64,000 bases of DNA, from the NCBI GenBank assembly GCA_965203495.1, contig CBDBDB010000016.1, positions 72,719-136,718 of the forward strand, written 5' to 3'. The notes below the pieces were generated by a model. That model did not search any database. It was not told where the DNA came from and worked only from the letters and a program-made list of their open reading frames with translations. This document shows, one piece after another, positions 19,898 to 29,346 of the stretch. A program made the position numbers and the translations under genes. The first letter of the stretch is position 1, and each line of letters opens with the position of its first letter. The DNA is from Candidatus Multivorans sp. GTDB taxonomy: Bacteria; Acidobacteriota; Thermoanaerobaculia; Multivoradales; Multivoraceae.

Positions 19898-20269
19898 TCA
19901 GCCGGACGGCCGGACGGCCGCGATCGCGGCGGCGCGGTCCGGCTCGATGCCCACGATCAGGCTGAAGCCCGAGACCTCGAACAGCTCCTTCACCTCGTCG
20001 TTCAGGCCGCAGACGGCGAACTGCCCCTTGCGGGCCTGCAGCTCGCGAGCCACGACCAGCACGACGCGAAGGCCGGCGCTGCTCATGTAGCGGGTGAGGC
20101 CCAGGTCGAGGACGACGGCTTCCCCGCCTTCCGCGATCCCGGACATCATCGCGTTCTCCAGGTCCGGCGCGCCCGTCGCGTCGACCCGTCCCTCCGGCGT
20201 CCAGACGGTCACGTCGCCCACCGTCTCGCGGCCGATCGCGGACTTCCCGATTCCGGTGCTCTCGCTCAC
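19898..20269 (-). CDS. STAS-domain anti-sigma-factor antagonist (SpoIIAA-like)
   Basis: VVLDLGLTRYMSSAGLRVVLVVARELQARKGQFAVCGLNDEVKELFEVSGF matches the SpoIIAA/RsbV STAS pattern. GTG start at 20269 preceded by GGAAGAGGTGG. Confidence 0.8.
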   Translation of the reverse strand: MSESTGIGKSAIGRETVGDVTVWTPEGRVDATGAPDLENAMMSGIAEGGEAVVLDLGLTRYMSSAGLRVVLVVARELQARKGQFAVCGLNDEVKELFEVSGFSLIVGIEPDRAAAIAAVRPSG

Positions 20270-20297
20270 GTAACCACCTCTTCCCGTCTCCTTGAAC

Positions 20298-20975
20298 TCA
20301 GTAGAACGGATGATGCGCCGTCGCCGTTGCGGCGGCAATGTCCTGGACCGACTTCCGGATGGCCCGGCCCATCGCCTGACCGATCAGATCGAAACCGCGC
20401 ACCAGCTCGATCCGGGCCGCGGCGTGACGGAGTTCCTGCGCGCTCAGAATGACCTGGAAGGCGTTCGACGCATCGGCCAGGCAGATGAGAGCGACGTCCC
20501 TGGGCGCCGGAATCCGGTCGCTCAGGAGCACGTCGAGGATGCGCAGCTTGACCTCCCGCTCTTCCCGGTCGTCGATCATCGGATAGCGACGGCTGCCGAA
20601 CACCCAAAGGAAGCTCCGGTCCTCGACCCGGAGAATGCCCCGCTCTACGAGGCGCGCGAGAGCCGCCTCCTGGACCTGCTTGCTGCGAGCCGAGAGACGC
20701 ACCACCCACGTGCGGGCGTCGGCCTCGTCCGAGGCCGCCGCGATCTCGGCCAGGGGGCCGTCCAGGATCTCCTCGCCCACCGGCGTCGGATCGACGACGA
20801 CGAGGCGCTGGAGGTCGCAATCCAGACGGCCGCGAAACGCGAGATCCATCAGGATCGCGCCGGCGATCAGCAACTCCATCACGTTGGGCGCGACCCGCTT
20901 CATCGCGCCGGACTCGTCGTCCAGGAGAAGAAGCAGGATTTCCTCCACGAACGTCAGGTGGGGGTTCCGACTCAC
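20298..20975 (-). CDS. GPP34/GOLPH3 family protein
   Basis: N-terminal LTFVEEILLLLLDDESG motif characteristic of bacterial GPP34 family proteins. 225 aa. Confidence 0.75.
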   Translation of the reverse strand: MSRNPHLTFVEEILLLLLDDESGAMKRVAPNVMELLIAGAILMDLAFRGRLDCDLQRLVVVDPTPVGEEILDGPLAEIAAASDEADARTWVVRLSARSKQVQEAALARLVERGILRVEDRSFLWVFGSRRYPMIDDREEREVKLRILDVLLSDRIPAPRDVALICLADASNAFQVILSAQELRHAAARIELVRGFDLIGQAMGRAIRKSVQDIAAATATAHHPFY

Positions 20976-21051
20976 GTGACTATGGCGCTCACGGCTCGTT
21001 TCGCGGAGAGGTCATGTCCGCGGCGACATCCTACAGGAAGGACGCGGGCTG

Positions 21052-22827
21052 CTAGATTCCCGCGGAGTCCACCTGACCCTTCGGTTCATGGCTGTCGCTG
21101 CTGACGACGACCGTGAGGACGTCCGTGTCGTGGTACTGCTGGTGCTGGACCGACGTCGACACGTGCCGCAGCAGCCGCAGCGACAACTCGTTCTCGATGG
21201 GGGCGGGAGCATCGTGCGCCATGACCACCAGCCTGTCTTCGATGTTGCCCCCACCGGGCGCCGCGATGAACTCGAGTTCGGCCGCCTGACGGTCGACTCT
21301 CGCGACCACGAGAAGACTGCGTTTCCGGTCGCCTTCCTCGTCGTCGAGACCGACCAGGCTGAGCAGCGCCTCCTCGCCCGCCGACCAGAGGCGGTCGCGG
21401 GCCTCGGGCGTCCACCGCGCCCGTTCCGCCAGGGTCCCGAGAAAACCGCCGATCCGCGGCGCCGATCCAGGCGCAACCTCGACCTCGAGCCGCTGGCGTC
21501 GCGGACCGGTCGATTCGAGAAACGCGGTCAGGCCGATGGCGGTCAGACCGCCGGCGGTCATGCCGTTGCCCAGGATCGAGGCCGCCCAACCGCCGAGCTG
21601 GTCGCTGAACATCAAGTCGTTCTCGAAGCCGACGCCGACCCAGAACGACACCCCGACCACCAGCGCCTTCCGGTAGTCGATCCCGCCGTGCCCGGCGATG
21701 CGGGCGCCGAGCACGAACAGGACGGCGATCAGCACCAGCAGGTACGCGCCGACCACCGGACCGGGAATCGCGAGGATCAGGGAGAGCGCCTTGGGCAGGA
21801 AGGCCAGACCGATGAAGATGATCCCGATCCACACTCCTATCCTGCGCGAGGCCACTCCCGTGAGTTCCGTGACCGAGATGCTGCTCGAGTACGTCGTGTT
21901 CGGCACGGTGCCGGCGAGGCCCGAAAGCAGGTTGCCGAGTCCGTCGGCGGCCACGGCGCCTTGCACCGCCCGGTAGTCGGGCGCCCGCGGCGTCCGCCAG
22001 GAAACGCGCTGGATCCCGACCGCATCGCCGATCGTCTCGACCGCGCCGATCAACGTGACGATGACGAAGCCCGGCAGCAACGCCCAGAACGCCGGCCCGA
22101 AGGACAGGTCGAACCCCGGCCAGCCGCCGGCCGGGGCGCCGAACCACGACGCCGCGGCCACCTGCTCGAAGTCGTAAAGCCCGAGGGGCGCCGCAACGAT
22201 GGACCCCGCGATGACGCCCGCGACCGGCGCCCACAGCCGCCCGATCCCCCTGGCCCGAAGGCCGAACCCGGCCATGACCGCGATGGCCGCGACGAACGTG
22301 ATCGGGGCGGCGGCACGGGACGCGTCGGCGGGAACCAGGGTCAGCTGGTCGAACACGATCGGCATCACGCTGACCGAGATCAGCATGATGACCGTTCCCG
22401 TGACCGTCGTCGTGAACAACCTCCGCAGCAGAAGGAGCCGCGCGGACAGCAGGAACTGGAACAGCGACGAGACGATGACCAGCTTGGCGAGGAGCATGGG
22501 CCCGCCTTGGCTCAGGGCGGCGATGCTGACTGCGATGAACGCCCCGGAAGTCCCCATCAGCAGGATGAAGCCCGCGCCGAGACGCCACAGACGCACGGCC
22601 TGCAGGATCGTCGTGACGCCGCTGACGAAGATGGCCGCGAACACCGCCCAGGCCAGGTACTCGTCGCTGCCCCCGGCGGCACGAACGATGATCGCCGGCG
22701 TCAGCACGATGCCGGCGACACAGAGAGTCGCGTACTGCAGGCCCATCGTCGCGGCGAGAACAGTCGGCGGTCTGCCGTCCGCCTCGTAGCGAACGGCCGA
22801 GGCCGGGTTCCTGGCCGCGGCGGTCAT
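21052..22827 (-). CDS. NCS2 family nucleobase (xanthine/uracil-type) permease with a roughly 150-aa C-terminal soluble extension
   Basis: Multi-TM protein with NCS2-like motifs (LQYATLCVAGIVLTPAII..., GIQRVSW..., LGNLLSGLAGTVPNTTYSSSISVTELTGVASRRIGV). ATG at 22827 overlaps the upstream gene's stop as ATGA. Confidence 0.78.
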   Translation of the reverse strand: MTAAARNPASAVRYEADGRPPTVLAATMGLQYATLCVAGIVLTPAIIVRAAGGSDEYLAWAVFAAIFVSGVTTILQAVRLWRLGAGFILLMGTSGAFIAVSIAALSQGGPMLLAKLVIVSSLFQFLLSARLLLLRRLFTTTVTGTVIMLISVSVMPIVFDQLTLVPADASRAAAPITFVAAIAVMAGFGLRARGIGRLWAPVAGVIAGSIVAAPLGLYDFEQVAAASWFGAPAGGWPGFDLSFGPAFWALLPGFVIVTLIGAVETIGDAVGIQRVSWRTPRAPDYRAVQGAVAADGLGNLLSGLAGTVPNTTYSSSISVTELTGVASRRIGVWIGIIFIGLAFLPKALSLILAIPGPVVGAYLLVLIAVLFVLGARIAGHGGIDYRKALVVGVSFWVGVGFENDLMFSDQLGGWAASILGNGMTAGGLTAIGLTAFLESTGPRRQRLEVEVAPGSAPRIGGFLGTLAERARWTPEARDRLWSAGEEALLSLVGLDDEEGDRKRSLLVVARVDRQAAELEFIAAPGGGNIEDRLVVMAHDAPAPIENELSLRLLRHVSTSVQHQQYHDTDVLTVVVSSDSHEPKGQVDSAGI

Positions 22828-23981
22828 CGCGTCCGACCGCCAGAAGACGGAAGTTCGGACCGTGAAGCGGACGGCGAGGCGACGCGCGCGCCGGGCAACT
22901 CGTACAGCGCCGAGTCGGGCCGCCACGGGGACCGTTGGCCGGCGTAGACCCGCGGTCCCGCGCGGAAGTGCGAAGCCTCGTCGAGCGTCTCGACGAAGGG
23001 CATCCGCCGCGGGTAGAGATCGCCGTCCCCGCGCGGCCGCGGGCCCGCCTTGGACACGTGGCCCCAGAGCGGATGGCCGACCACTTCCTCGGCGATCCGT
23101 GCCGCTTCGATCAGCTTGTCGAGCCGGTAGCCGGTCTCGATTCCCAGTTCGTGGCAGTAATCGACGAAGTCCTCCGTCGGCACGTGGCCCGCGGCGCGGC
23201 CGTTGCCGCAGTAGGGGCAGCCGCCCATGCCGCCGACCGAGGTGTCGAACTCCCGCACACCCAGCTTGAGCGCCTCGTGGTAGCTGACCATCGCCGCGCC
23301 GCGAGTGTTGTGCAGGTGGCAGTGGAAGTCCGTGATCTCGGGCCAGCGCTCCCGGATCGCCAGGAGCGTCTCCCGCACCGTGTGCGGCATGTTCCAGCCC
23401 ATCGCCTCGATGATCGAGCAGCGGGCGACCCGGAAGCCCGCCTCATGCCAGCGGGCGATCATCAGCGCCAGGACATCCATCCGCTGTTCCAGCGAGAACG
23501 GCCCTTCGAAGTTCGATCCGAACGGATTGCCGATCGCCACCGCGCCCGTCTCGACCCCGCGCTCCCGGGCCATCTCGATCGCCGCCGGGATGCGCTCGAT
23601 CTGTTGCGCCTGGGTCGCGTTGTAGTTGCGGCGGGCGAAGGTGTCGCAGAGCTCGACGTGCGTGCCGATCCGGCGTTGCCGCACATCGAGCTTGGGGTAC
23701 CAGCGGTCGGCCCGCTCGAATCCGATCCTGTTGAAGACCGCGGCAGTGTAGCGGACGCCCGGTCTGGGCACGAAACGCTCGGCGATCTCGTCGATGCACG
23801 CCATCTGCGGCGTCCATTCGGGGTGCGCATAGGAACCGATCGAGATCACCTTGGCGCCAGTCTCGCCCAGCGCGTCAAGCAGCCGCAGCTTGTCCTCGAC
23901 CGGAATGTCGGCGCTCTCGATCTGCAGACCCTCTCGCATCGTGTCGTCCGTGATGGTCACGGATTTCGGTAGCTGACCCAT
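22824..23981 (-). CDS. HMGL-like DRE-TIM metallolyase (hydroxymethylglutaryl-CoA lyase / pyruvate carboxyltransferase family)
   Basis: VTITDDTMREGLQ near the N-terminus and HCHLHNTRGAAMVSYHEALKLG plus DTSVGGMGGCPY metal/active-site motifs of the HMGL-like family. Only the 3' 385 codons of the 1107-aa track ORF are protein-like. ATG at 23981 with a GAAGGGGA SD. Confidence 0.8.
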   Translation of the reverse strand: MGQLPKSVTITDDTMREGLQIESADIPVEDKLRLLDALGETGAKVISIGSYAHPEWTPQMACIDEIAERFVPRPGVRYTAAVFNRIGFERADRWYPKLDVRQRRIGTHVELCDTFARRNYNATQAQQIERIPAAIEMARERGVETGAVAIGNPFGSNFEGPFSLEQRMDVLALMIARWHEAGFRVARCSIIEAMGWNMPHTVRETLLAIRERWPEITDFHCHLHNTRGAAMVSYHEALKLGVREFDTSVGGMGGCPYCGNGRAAGHVPTEDFVDYCHELGIETGYRLDKLIEAARIAEEVVGHPLWGHVSKAGPRPRGDGDLYPRRMPFVETLDEASHFRAGPRVYAGQRSPWRPDSALYELPGARVASPSASRSELPSSGGRTR

Positions 23982-24143
23982 CGCCTGAATCCCCTTCCCT
24001 GCCCGTGCGCCGACCCTCCGGCCCGGTCCCTCCTTCCGCGGACTGCCAAGAAGCCATCGACGGGACGAATACCCTATCGTCCCCGCCGCGCGCGGCCACG
24101 AAGGACGGCGGTCGCGGATTCCGCCTGTGGCAGGATTCCGTCC

Positions 24144-25862
24144 GTGCGAGGACGCCTGCTTCCTTACGTCGTCCTTGCCCTTGCGGCGACCGCCGTGCTG
24201 GCGCCCGGAATCGGCAGCCGCGACCTCTGGAACCCGGACGAGCCGCGCTACGCCGAGGTAGCCCGGGAGATGCTGCTCGAGCCGATGGCGATCGAGCACT
24301 TCCTGGTGCCGCGCCTGAACGGCGAAAGGTACGATCACAAGCCGCCTCTCCACTTCTGGAACATCGCCCTGTTCGGCGCGCTTCGCGGCGGCGTCGACGA
24401 GGTGGCGGCCCGCCTGCCGTCCGTCCTTGCCGGCATCGGCTCGACGCTCGTCGTGTTCGCGCTCGCCGGTCGGCTGTTCGACCGGAAGACCGCCTGGCTG
24501 GCGTCGCCGATCTTTCTGACTTCGGCTCTGGTGATGTGGAACGGGCGGGTCGGCCAGATCGACATGACCCTGACCTTTCTGGAGCTGCTCGCCCTGCTGT
24601 TCTGGGCCCGAGGCCGGTCCTGGGACCCGAACGATCCGCTCCGGCGCCGCGGCGGCCAACTCGCCAATCTTCTGTTCTTCGCCTGCCTGGGCCTGGCCAC
24701 CCTGGCCAAGGGGCCGGTCGGGCTGATCGTGCCGCTGCTTGCGGTGGTCGCCTGGCTCGCGTTCGAACGCGACCTGGCCGGCATCGCCGAGCTCCGGATG
24801 GGACGTGGCCTGCTCCTCTGGGCGGCGATCGTCCTGGCCTGGTTCGGACCGGCCGTCTGGCTCGCCGGAAGGTCCTACTTCGACGCCCTGATCTTCGACC
24901 AGACCGTGTCGCGCTATGCCGAAGCGACCTACCACCCCAGGCCCTGGCACTACTACTTCAAGACCCTGCCCGGCACGTTCGCGCCCTGGACGCTGCTTGC
25001 CCCCGTAACGATCTACGCCGCCTTCCGCGTGTCTCACCGCGAAACCGCCGGCCGCGAGGCGCGGGCGGTTCGCTTCCTCCTGATCTGGATCGCCAGCGCC
25101 TTCGTCTTCTTCAGCGTGTCCGGCGGCAAGCGGACCGTCTACCTGCTGGCGCTCGCGGCGCCTCTCGCGATGCTGGCCGCCTACGGCGTCCTGGCGATCC
25201 GGGATCGTTGGCCTCGCTTCCGCGCGGCATTCCTGATCTCCGCAGCGACCGTGCCCCTGCTGTTCGGCGCCTTGGCGGCCGCGGCGCCGCTCGCGGCGCG
25301 GGACCTTCCCGACGGTTCGATTCCCGAAGGCGCCATCGCATCGTTGCAGGCCGTTGCCGCCATCCCCTTGGCCGCGGGTCTGGTCGGCCTGTACCTGGCC
25401 GCAGCCAGACGGCGGCCCGATCTGCTGGTAACCTGCCTCGCCATCAGCCTCGGATTCGCCATGTCGGTGACCGCCGCGCGGTTGCTGCCGCTGGGCAACG
25501 CCTTCAAGTCGGCGCGCGCCCTCTCGGGCGATCTGGTCCGATGGGCAAGACCCGACGAGCCGTACGCCATCTATCCCGTTCCCGATGCCGCCTTTCTCTT
25601 CTACACCCGCCGGTTCGCGGTCGACCTCCACGGCGGCACTCTGGCGCACGATCAGGGCGACGAGGACGCCCTGCGACGTTTCGTCGCCCGCAGGGATCGA
25701 CCCGTCTGGCTTCTCGTCGAACGGGACAACCTGGAGCGTCTCCGGCCTCCGCTCGACCTGGTCGAGGTCGGACGGGACGGCGATCCCCTGCAGGGCCACG
25801 TCCTGCTGACGACTCCGGAAGCGGCCGCCCGCGTTGCCGCATCCTCGACGCCGAAGCGATGA
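24144..25862 (+). CDS. ArnT/PMT-family (GT83/GT39-like) membrane glycosyltransferase
   Basis: 572 aa polytopic membrane protein with the DEPRYAEVAREM motif typical of ArnT-type dolichyl/undecaprenyl-phosphate sugar transferases. Confidence 0.85.
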   Translation: MRGRLLPYVVLALAATAVLAPGIGSRDLWNPDEPRYAEVAREMLLEPMAIEHFLVPRLNGERYDHKPPLHFWNIALFGALRGGVDEVAARLPSVLAGIGSTLVVFALAGRLFDRKTAWLASPIFLTSALVMWNGRVGQIDMTLTFLELLALLFWARGRSWDPNDPLRRRGGQLANLLFFACLGLATLAKGPVGLIVPLLAVVAWLAFERDLAGIAELRMGRGLLLWAAIVLAWFGPAVWLAGRSYFDALIFDQTVSRYAEATYHPRPWHYYFKTLPGTFAPWTLLAPVTIYAAFRVSHRETAGREARAVRFLLIWIASAFVFFSVSGGKRTVYLLALAAPLAMLAAYGVLAIRDRWPRFRAAFLISAATVPLLFGALAAAAPLAARDLPDGSIPEGAIASLQAVAAIPLAAGLVGLYLAAARRRPDLLVTCLAISLGFAMSVTAARLLPLGNAFKSARALSGDLVRWARPDEPYAIYPVPDAAFLFYTRRFAVDLHGGTLAHDQGDEDALRRFVARRDRPVWLLVERDNLERLRPPLDLVEVGRDGDPLQGHVLLTTPEAAARVAASSTPKR

Positions 25863-26734
25863 ACGACAGCGACAGCCTGAGTCTGACGCCGGATCTCCCA
25901 CGGCAACAGCCGGCGCCGAGACTCGTCCCGGACGCGGCCGCGGAGATGCCGTCGACCGCCTCGTCGACCGCCAGGGAGCAACGACGATTCGGTCCCCTGA
26001 GCCGCCGGCTCGCCGATCAGGGCCTGTTCCTCTTCCGTCACCGCAGCCTCTTCGTCGCGTTTCTTGCGCCCGCCGCTGCACTGGCCGTGCTTGAGCGCCG
26101 GTCGGCGGCCCTGCCGGTCGACTCGGGACTCGCCTGGCTCGCGCCATGCCTCGCCGTCTCCCTGCTCGGCCTCGGCGTGCGGTGGGCGGCCCTGGGTTCC
26201 GCGCCGCCCGGGGCCTCCACCCGGAGCCTCAGGGCGCCGAGCGCCAGCCGGCTGAACACGACCGGCATGTACTCGCTCTGCCGGCACCCGGTCTATCTCG
26301 GCAATCTCTTCGTGCTGATGGGCTTCGCGCTCGCCCTGAAGTCGTGGTGGTTCGTGGTCGTCGCCGCGCTCGTCTACTGGCTGCTCTACGAACGGGTCAT
26401 CGCGGCGGAAGAGCGGTTTCTCGGCGAGCGCTTCGGCGTGATCCACCGCCGCTGGTCGGAACGAACGCCGACCTTCTGGCCCCGGCCCCGTTTGTGGCTG
26501 TCCCCGGAGACGCGCTTCAGTTGGCGAACCGTTCTCCTCCGCGAGTACAACTCCCCGCTGCTCGTCGCGTCGACATTCCTGTTCCTGCGCGCGGTCGACC
26601 AGGTCGTTGTCGGCGGCCTCGGCCCGCAGGCGTGGTTGACGCAGGACTTCGGCCTGGTGGCGGGAGTCCTCGGGCTGACGGCGCCGGTTTCCGTTGCGCG
26701 GCAGGTGCGAAAACGCGGACGCTCGGGCCACTAG
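25859..26734 (+). CDS. isoprenylcysteine carboxyl methyltransferase (ICMT)/PEMT-family membrane methyltransferase
   Basis: TTGMYSLCRHPVYLGNLFVLMGFAL matches the ICMT/PEMT signature (G.Y...RHP.Y). ATG overlaps the ArnT stop (ATGA). Confidence 0.75.
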   Translation: MNDSDSLSLTPDLPRQQPAPRLVPDAAAEMPSTASSTAREQRRFGPLSRRLADQGLFLFRHRSLFVAFLAPAAALAVLERRSAALPVDSGLAWLAPCLAVSLLGLGVRWAALGSAPPGASTRSLRAPSASRLNTTGMYSLCRHPVYLGNLFVLMGFALALKSWWFVVVAALVYWLLYERVIAAEERFLGERFGVIHRRWSERTPTFWPRPRLWLSPETRFSWRTVLLREYNSPLLVASTFLFLRAVDQVVVGGLGPQAWLTQDFGLVAGVLGLTAPVSVARQVRKRGRSGH

Positions 26735-26804
26735 CGCGCCGGGAACCAGCCGCCAGGAATCCGTCGCGGGACGGATTCGTTGCAGAATCGGACGACGAAC
26801 CCCG

Positions 26805-29306
26805 ATGGCCGCCCGAACCAGGATCGCATCCGTCCTCGCCGCGTCGCTGCTGACCTCGGCGGCCGCCGCCCAGGAAGCCGAGAGTCCGCAGCCGCTCGAT
26901 GCCCGCTTTTCCCGCTGGCTCGAGCGGGTACGCCCGCTGATCAGCGACGAGGAGCGGGAGTTCTTCATCAGCCTGCCCGAGGACTACCGCCGCGAGGCGT
27001 TCATCCAGGCTTTCTGGAAGGCCCGGGACCCGGATCCGAGCACGCCGCTCAACGAACTCCAGGTCCTCTGGGAGGACCGGGTCGACACCGCGCTGACCCA
27101 GTGGGGCACGCTGGACGACGCGCGCGCCCTCTTCTACCTGCTGAACGGCCCGCCGGGACGCTTCATCCTTCCCGACGGTCGGACCGCTTCCTACTGCCTG
27201 TCGCGGAGCAGCGAACTGGAGATCTGGTTCTACGGCGGCAGCGACCGCACGCCGAGCCACTTCGTCGTCATCTTTCTGGCCACGAGCCGCGGCCGGCCCT
27301 ACCGGTTCTGGCATGAGACCGTCGCTCGAAGGGCGGCGTCGCGCCAAGGCCTGCCCACCACGAACATCGCCGTGCTCTGCGCCGACGAATGGCTGGGTTG
27401 GGCCACGCAGGCGCTTGCACGCGACCTGGCCGGCGCCGGTCTCATCGAAGACATCTCCTCCCCTCCCGAACCGCCCGAGGAGTGGCTCGCAACCTTCGCC
27501 GCCTTCAACACCGACGTCCCGGAGGGCGCCCCCCGTTTCGACATCGACATCGAGTGGGACTATCCGGGCCGCAATCAGAGCCGCACCGTCACCCACGGCC
27601 TGGTCATGGTGCCCGGTCCCGGCGCCGGCCGCAGGAGCTTCCAGGGCAGAGACTCCCAGGACAGGGAGTACCACAGCTTTCACATGACTGGCGAGGTGAT
27701 CCGCGACGACCGCCTGTTCGACACGTTCCGCTACCGCTTCGAGTTGCCGGCGAGCGACAGCGGCGAGGACTCGATCCCGCTCGTCTTCACTCGCTACCTG
27801 CGTCCCGGCGAGGTCCGGATCCGTCTCAAGATCGAGGATGTCTTCGGCCAGAAGTTCGCCGCGGCGAACGAGACGATCGACGTTCCGAACCTCCAGGAGG
27901 CGCAGTTGCTGCGCAAGACCATCCTCGAGACCTTTCCGGCTCTCGCCGAGGCCAACCGGGCAGCGGCGCGCGGCGAACGCCTGCTCCGCCTCGTGCCGCC
28001 GCGAGACGAACGTCTGCGGGTCGGCATGGTGCGCTTCTCCACCCACGCGATCGGCGACTTCGACGCCGTCGCCTTCTCTCTCGACGGACGCGAGATCCTG
28101 CGCAAGCGGAGGCCGCCGTTCGGCGTGGAACTGAACCTGGGCTCGCATCCGACCGAGCACCGGATCCGGGTGGAGGGCCTCAAGGACGGCAAGGTCGTGG
28201 CGTCGGACGAGATGTCGGTCAACCGCGGCGGCCAGCGCTTCCGCGCCCGTTTCATCGAACCGCGATCCGGCGAGCAGTACCTGCAGAGCACGCGCGCGGC
28301 CATCGAGATCGCGGCGCCGGACGGCGAGGAGATCGAGCGTCTCGAGCTGTTCCTGGGGGAAGAGCGGATCGCGACGCTCTACCAGCCGCCATGGGTGCAG
28401 CCGGTCGTCCTCGACGGTCCGAACCTCACGTACCTCCGCGCGGCCGCGTTTCTGGCCGACGGCAGCAGCACCGAGGACGTCGTCTTCATCAACAGCCCGA
28501 GCCCGATCGAGCGAATCGACGTGCAGTACGTCGAGCTCTTCGCCAGCGTCGTGGACGACCGGGGGCGGCCGATTCCGGCGCTGGAACGAAATCGCTTCCG
28601 TGTCACCGAAGACGGCGTCGAGCAGACGGTTCGCCGCTTCGAGTGGGTCGACGACACGCCCTTCCACGCCGGCCTCCTGCTCGACACGTCGGCTTCGATG
28701 CAGGACTCGATCGAGCAGGTGCGAGCCGCCGCCCAGCGCTTCGTCGACAACACGCTCGAGGCGAAGGACCGGATGGCGGTGCTCGCCTTCGCCAACCGCA
28801 CGCGCGTCGAGAGCCGCTTCACGAAGGACAGGGGCCAGCTCGCGCGGGCGCTGGCGGGCCTCAAGGCGACCGGCACGACGTCGCTCTACGACAGCCTCGT
28901 CTTCGCTCTCAGCTACTTCGACGGCATCAGCGGCCAGAAGGCCCTGCTCCTCCTGTCGGACGGCAAGGACGAGAACAGTTCGTTCACGTTCGAGAGCGCG
29001 CTCGAGACCGCGCAGCGTTCAGGCGTGACGATCTACGCCATCGGCCTCCGGGAGGCGGCAGCGGACCGAACGACGCGGCGGGTGCTCGAACGCATCGCCG
29101 AGGAGACGGGCGGCCAGGCCTTCTTCATCGACAGCGTCAACCAGCTGGACGCGATCTACGCGCGAATCGAGCGGGAACTGCGCAACCGCTACCTGCTCGC
29201 CTACCAGTCGACCAGCGACAAGCCCGAGAGCGAGTTCCGCGTCGTGCGGGTCGACGTGGACGCCCGCGACGCCGAGGTGCGGACGATGGCGGGGTACTAC
29301 CCGTAG
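26805..29306 (+). CDS. secreted GWxTD-domain protein with C-terminal von Willebrand factor A (VWA) domain
   Basis: Signal peptide MAARTRIASVLAASLLTSAAAAQ. N-terminal region FIQAFWKARDPDP...QWGTLDD resembles the acidobacterial GWxTD family. C-terminal LLLDTSASM...TSLYDSL...LLLSDGKD matches the VWA fold (MIDAS DxSxS, T, D). Confidence 0.8.
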   Translation: MAARTRIASVLAASLLTSAAAAQEAESPQPLDARFSRWLERVRPLISDEEREFFISLPEDYRREAFIQAFWKARDPDPSTPLNELQVLWEDRVDTALTQWGTLDDARALFYLLNGPPGRFILPDGRTASYCLSRSSELEIWFYGGSDRTPSHFVVIFLATSRGRPYRFWHETVARRAASRQGLPTTNIAVLCADEWLGWATQALARDLAGAGLIEDISSPPEPPEEWLATFAAFNTDVPEGAPRFDIDIEWDYPGRNQSRTVTHGLVMVPGPGAGRRSFQGRDSQDREYHSFHMTGEVIRDDRLFDTFRYRFELPASDSGEDSIPLVFTRYLRPGEVRIRLKIEDVFGQKFAAANETIDVPNLQEAQLLRKTILETFPALAEANRAAARGERLLRLVPPRDERLRVGMVRFSTHAIGDFDAVAFSLDGREILRKRRPPFGVELNLGSHPTEHRIRVEGLKDGKVVASDEMSVNRGGQRFRARFIEPRSGEQYLQSTRAAIEIAAPDGEEIERLELFLGEERIATLYQPPWVQPVVLDGPNLTYLRAAAFLADGSSTEDVVFINSPSPIERIDVQYVELFASVVDDRGRPIPALERNRFRVTEDGVEQTVRRFEWVDDTPFHAGLLLDTSASMQDSIEQVRAAAQRFVDNTLEAKDRMAVLAFANRTRVESRFTKDRGQLARALAGLKATGTTSLYDSLVFALSYFDGISGQKALLLLSDGKDENSSFTFESALETAQRSGVTIYAIGLREAAADRTTRRVLERIAEETGGQAFFIDSVNQLDAIYARIERELRNRYLLAYQSTSDKPESEFRVVRVDVDARDAEVRTMAGYYP

Positions 29307-29346
29307 CGGCCAGGCCGCTCCGGCGGCGAGTGCGATACTTGGAACG

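Noticed and set aside
22824-26147. 1107-aa minus-strand ORF
   Set aside because: Only the 3' 385 codons (HMGL-like lyase, ATG at 23981 with SD) are protein-like. The 5' 720 codons are low-complexity and antisense to ArnT/ICMT.
24005-26734. 909-aa plus-strand ORF spanning the ArnT and ICMT genes
   Set aside because: Only its last 292 codons (from the ATG at 25859) are protein-like (ICMT family). The upstream part is out of frame with the well-supported ArnT-like gene (24144..25862).
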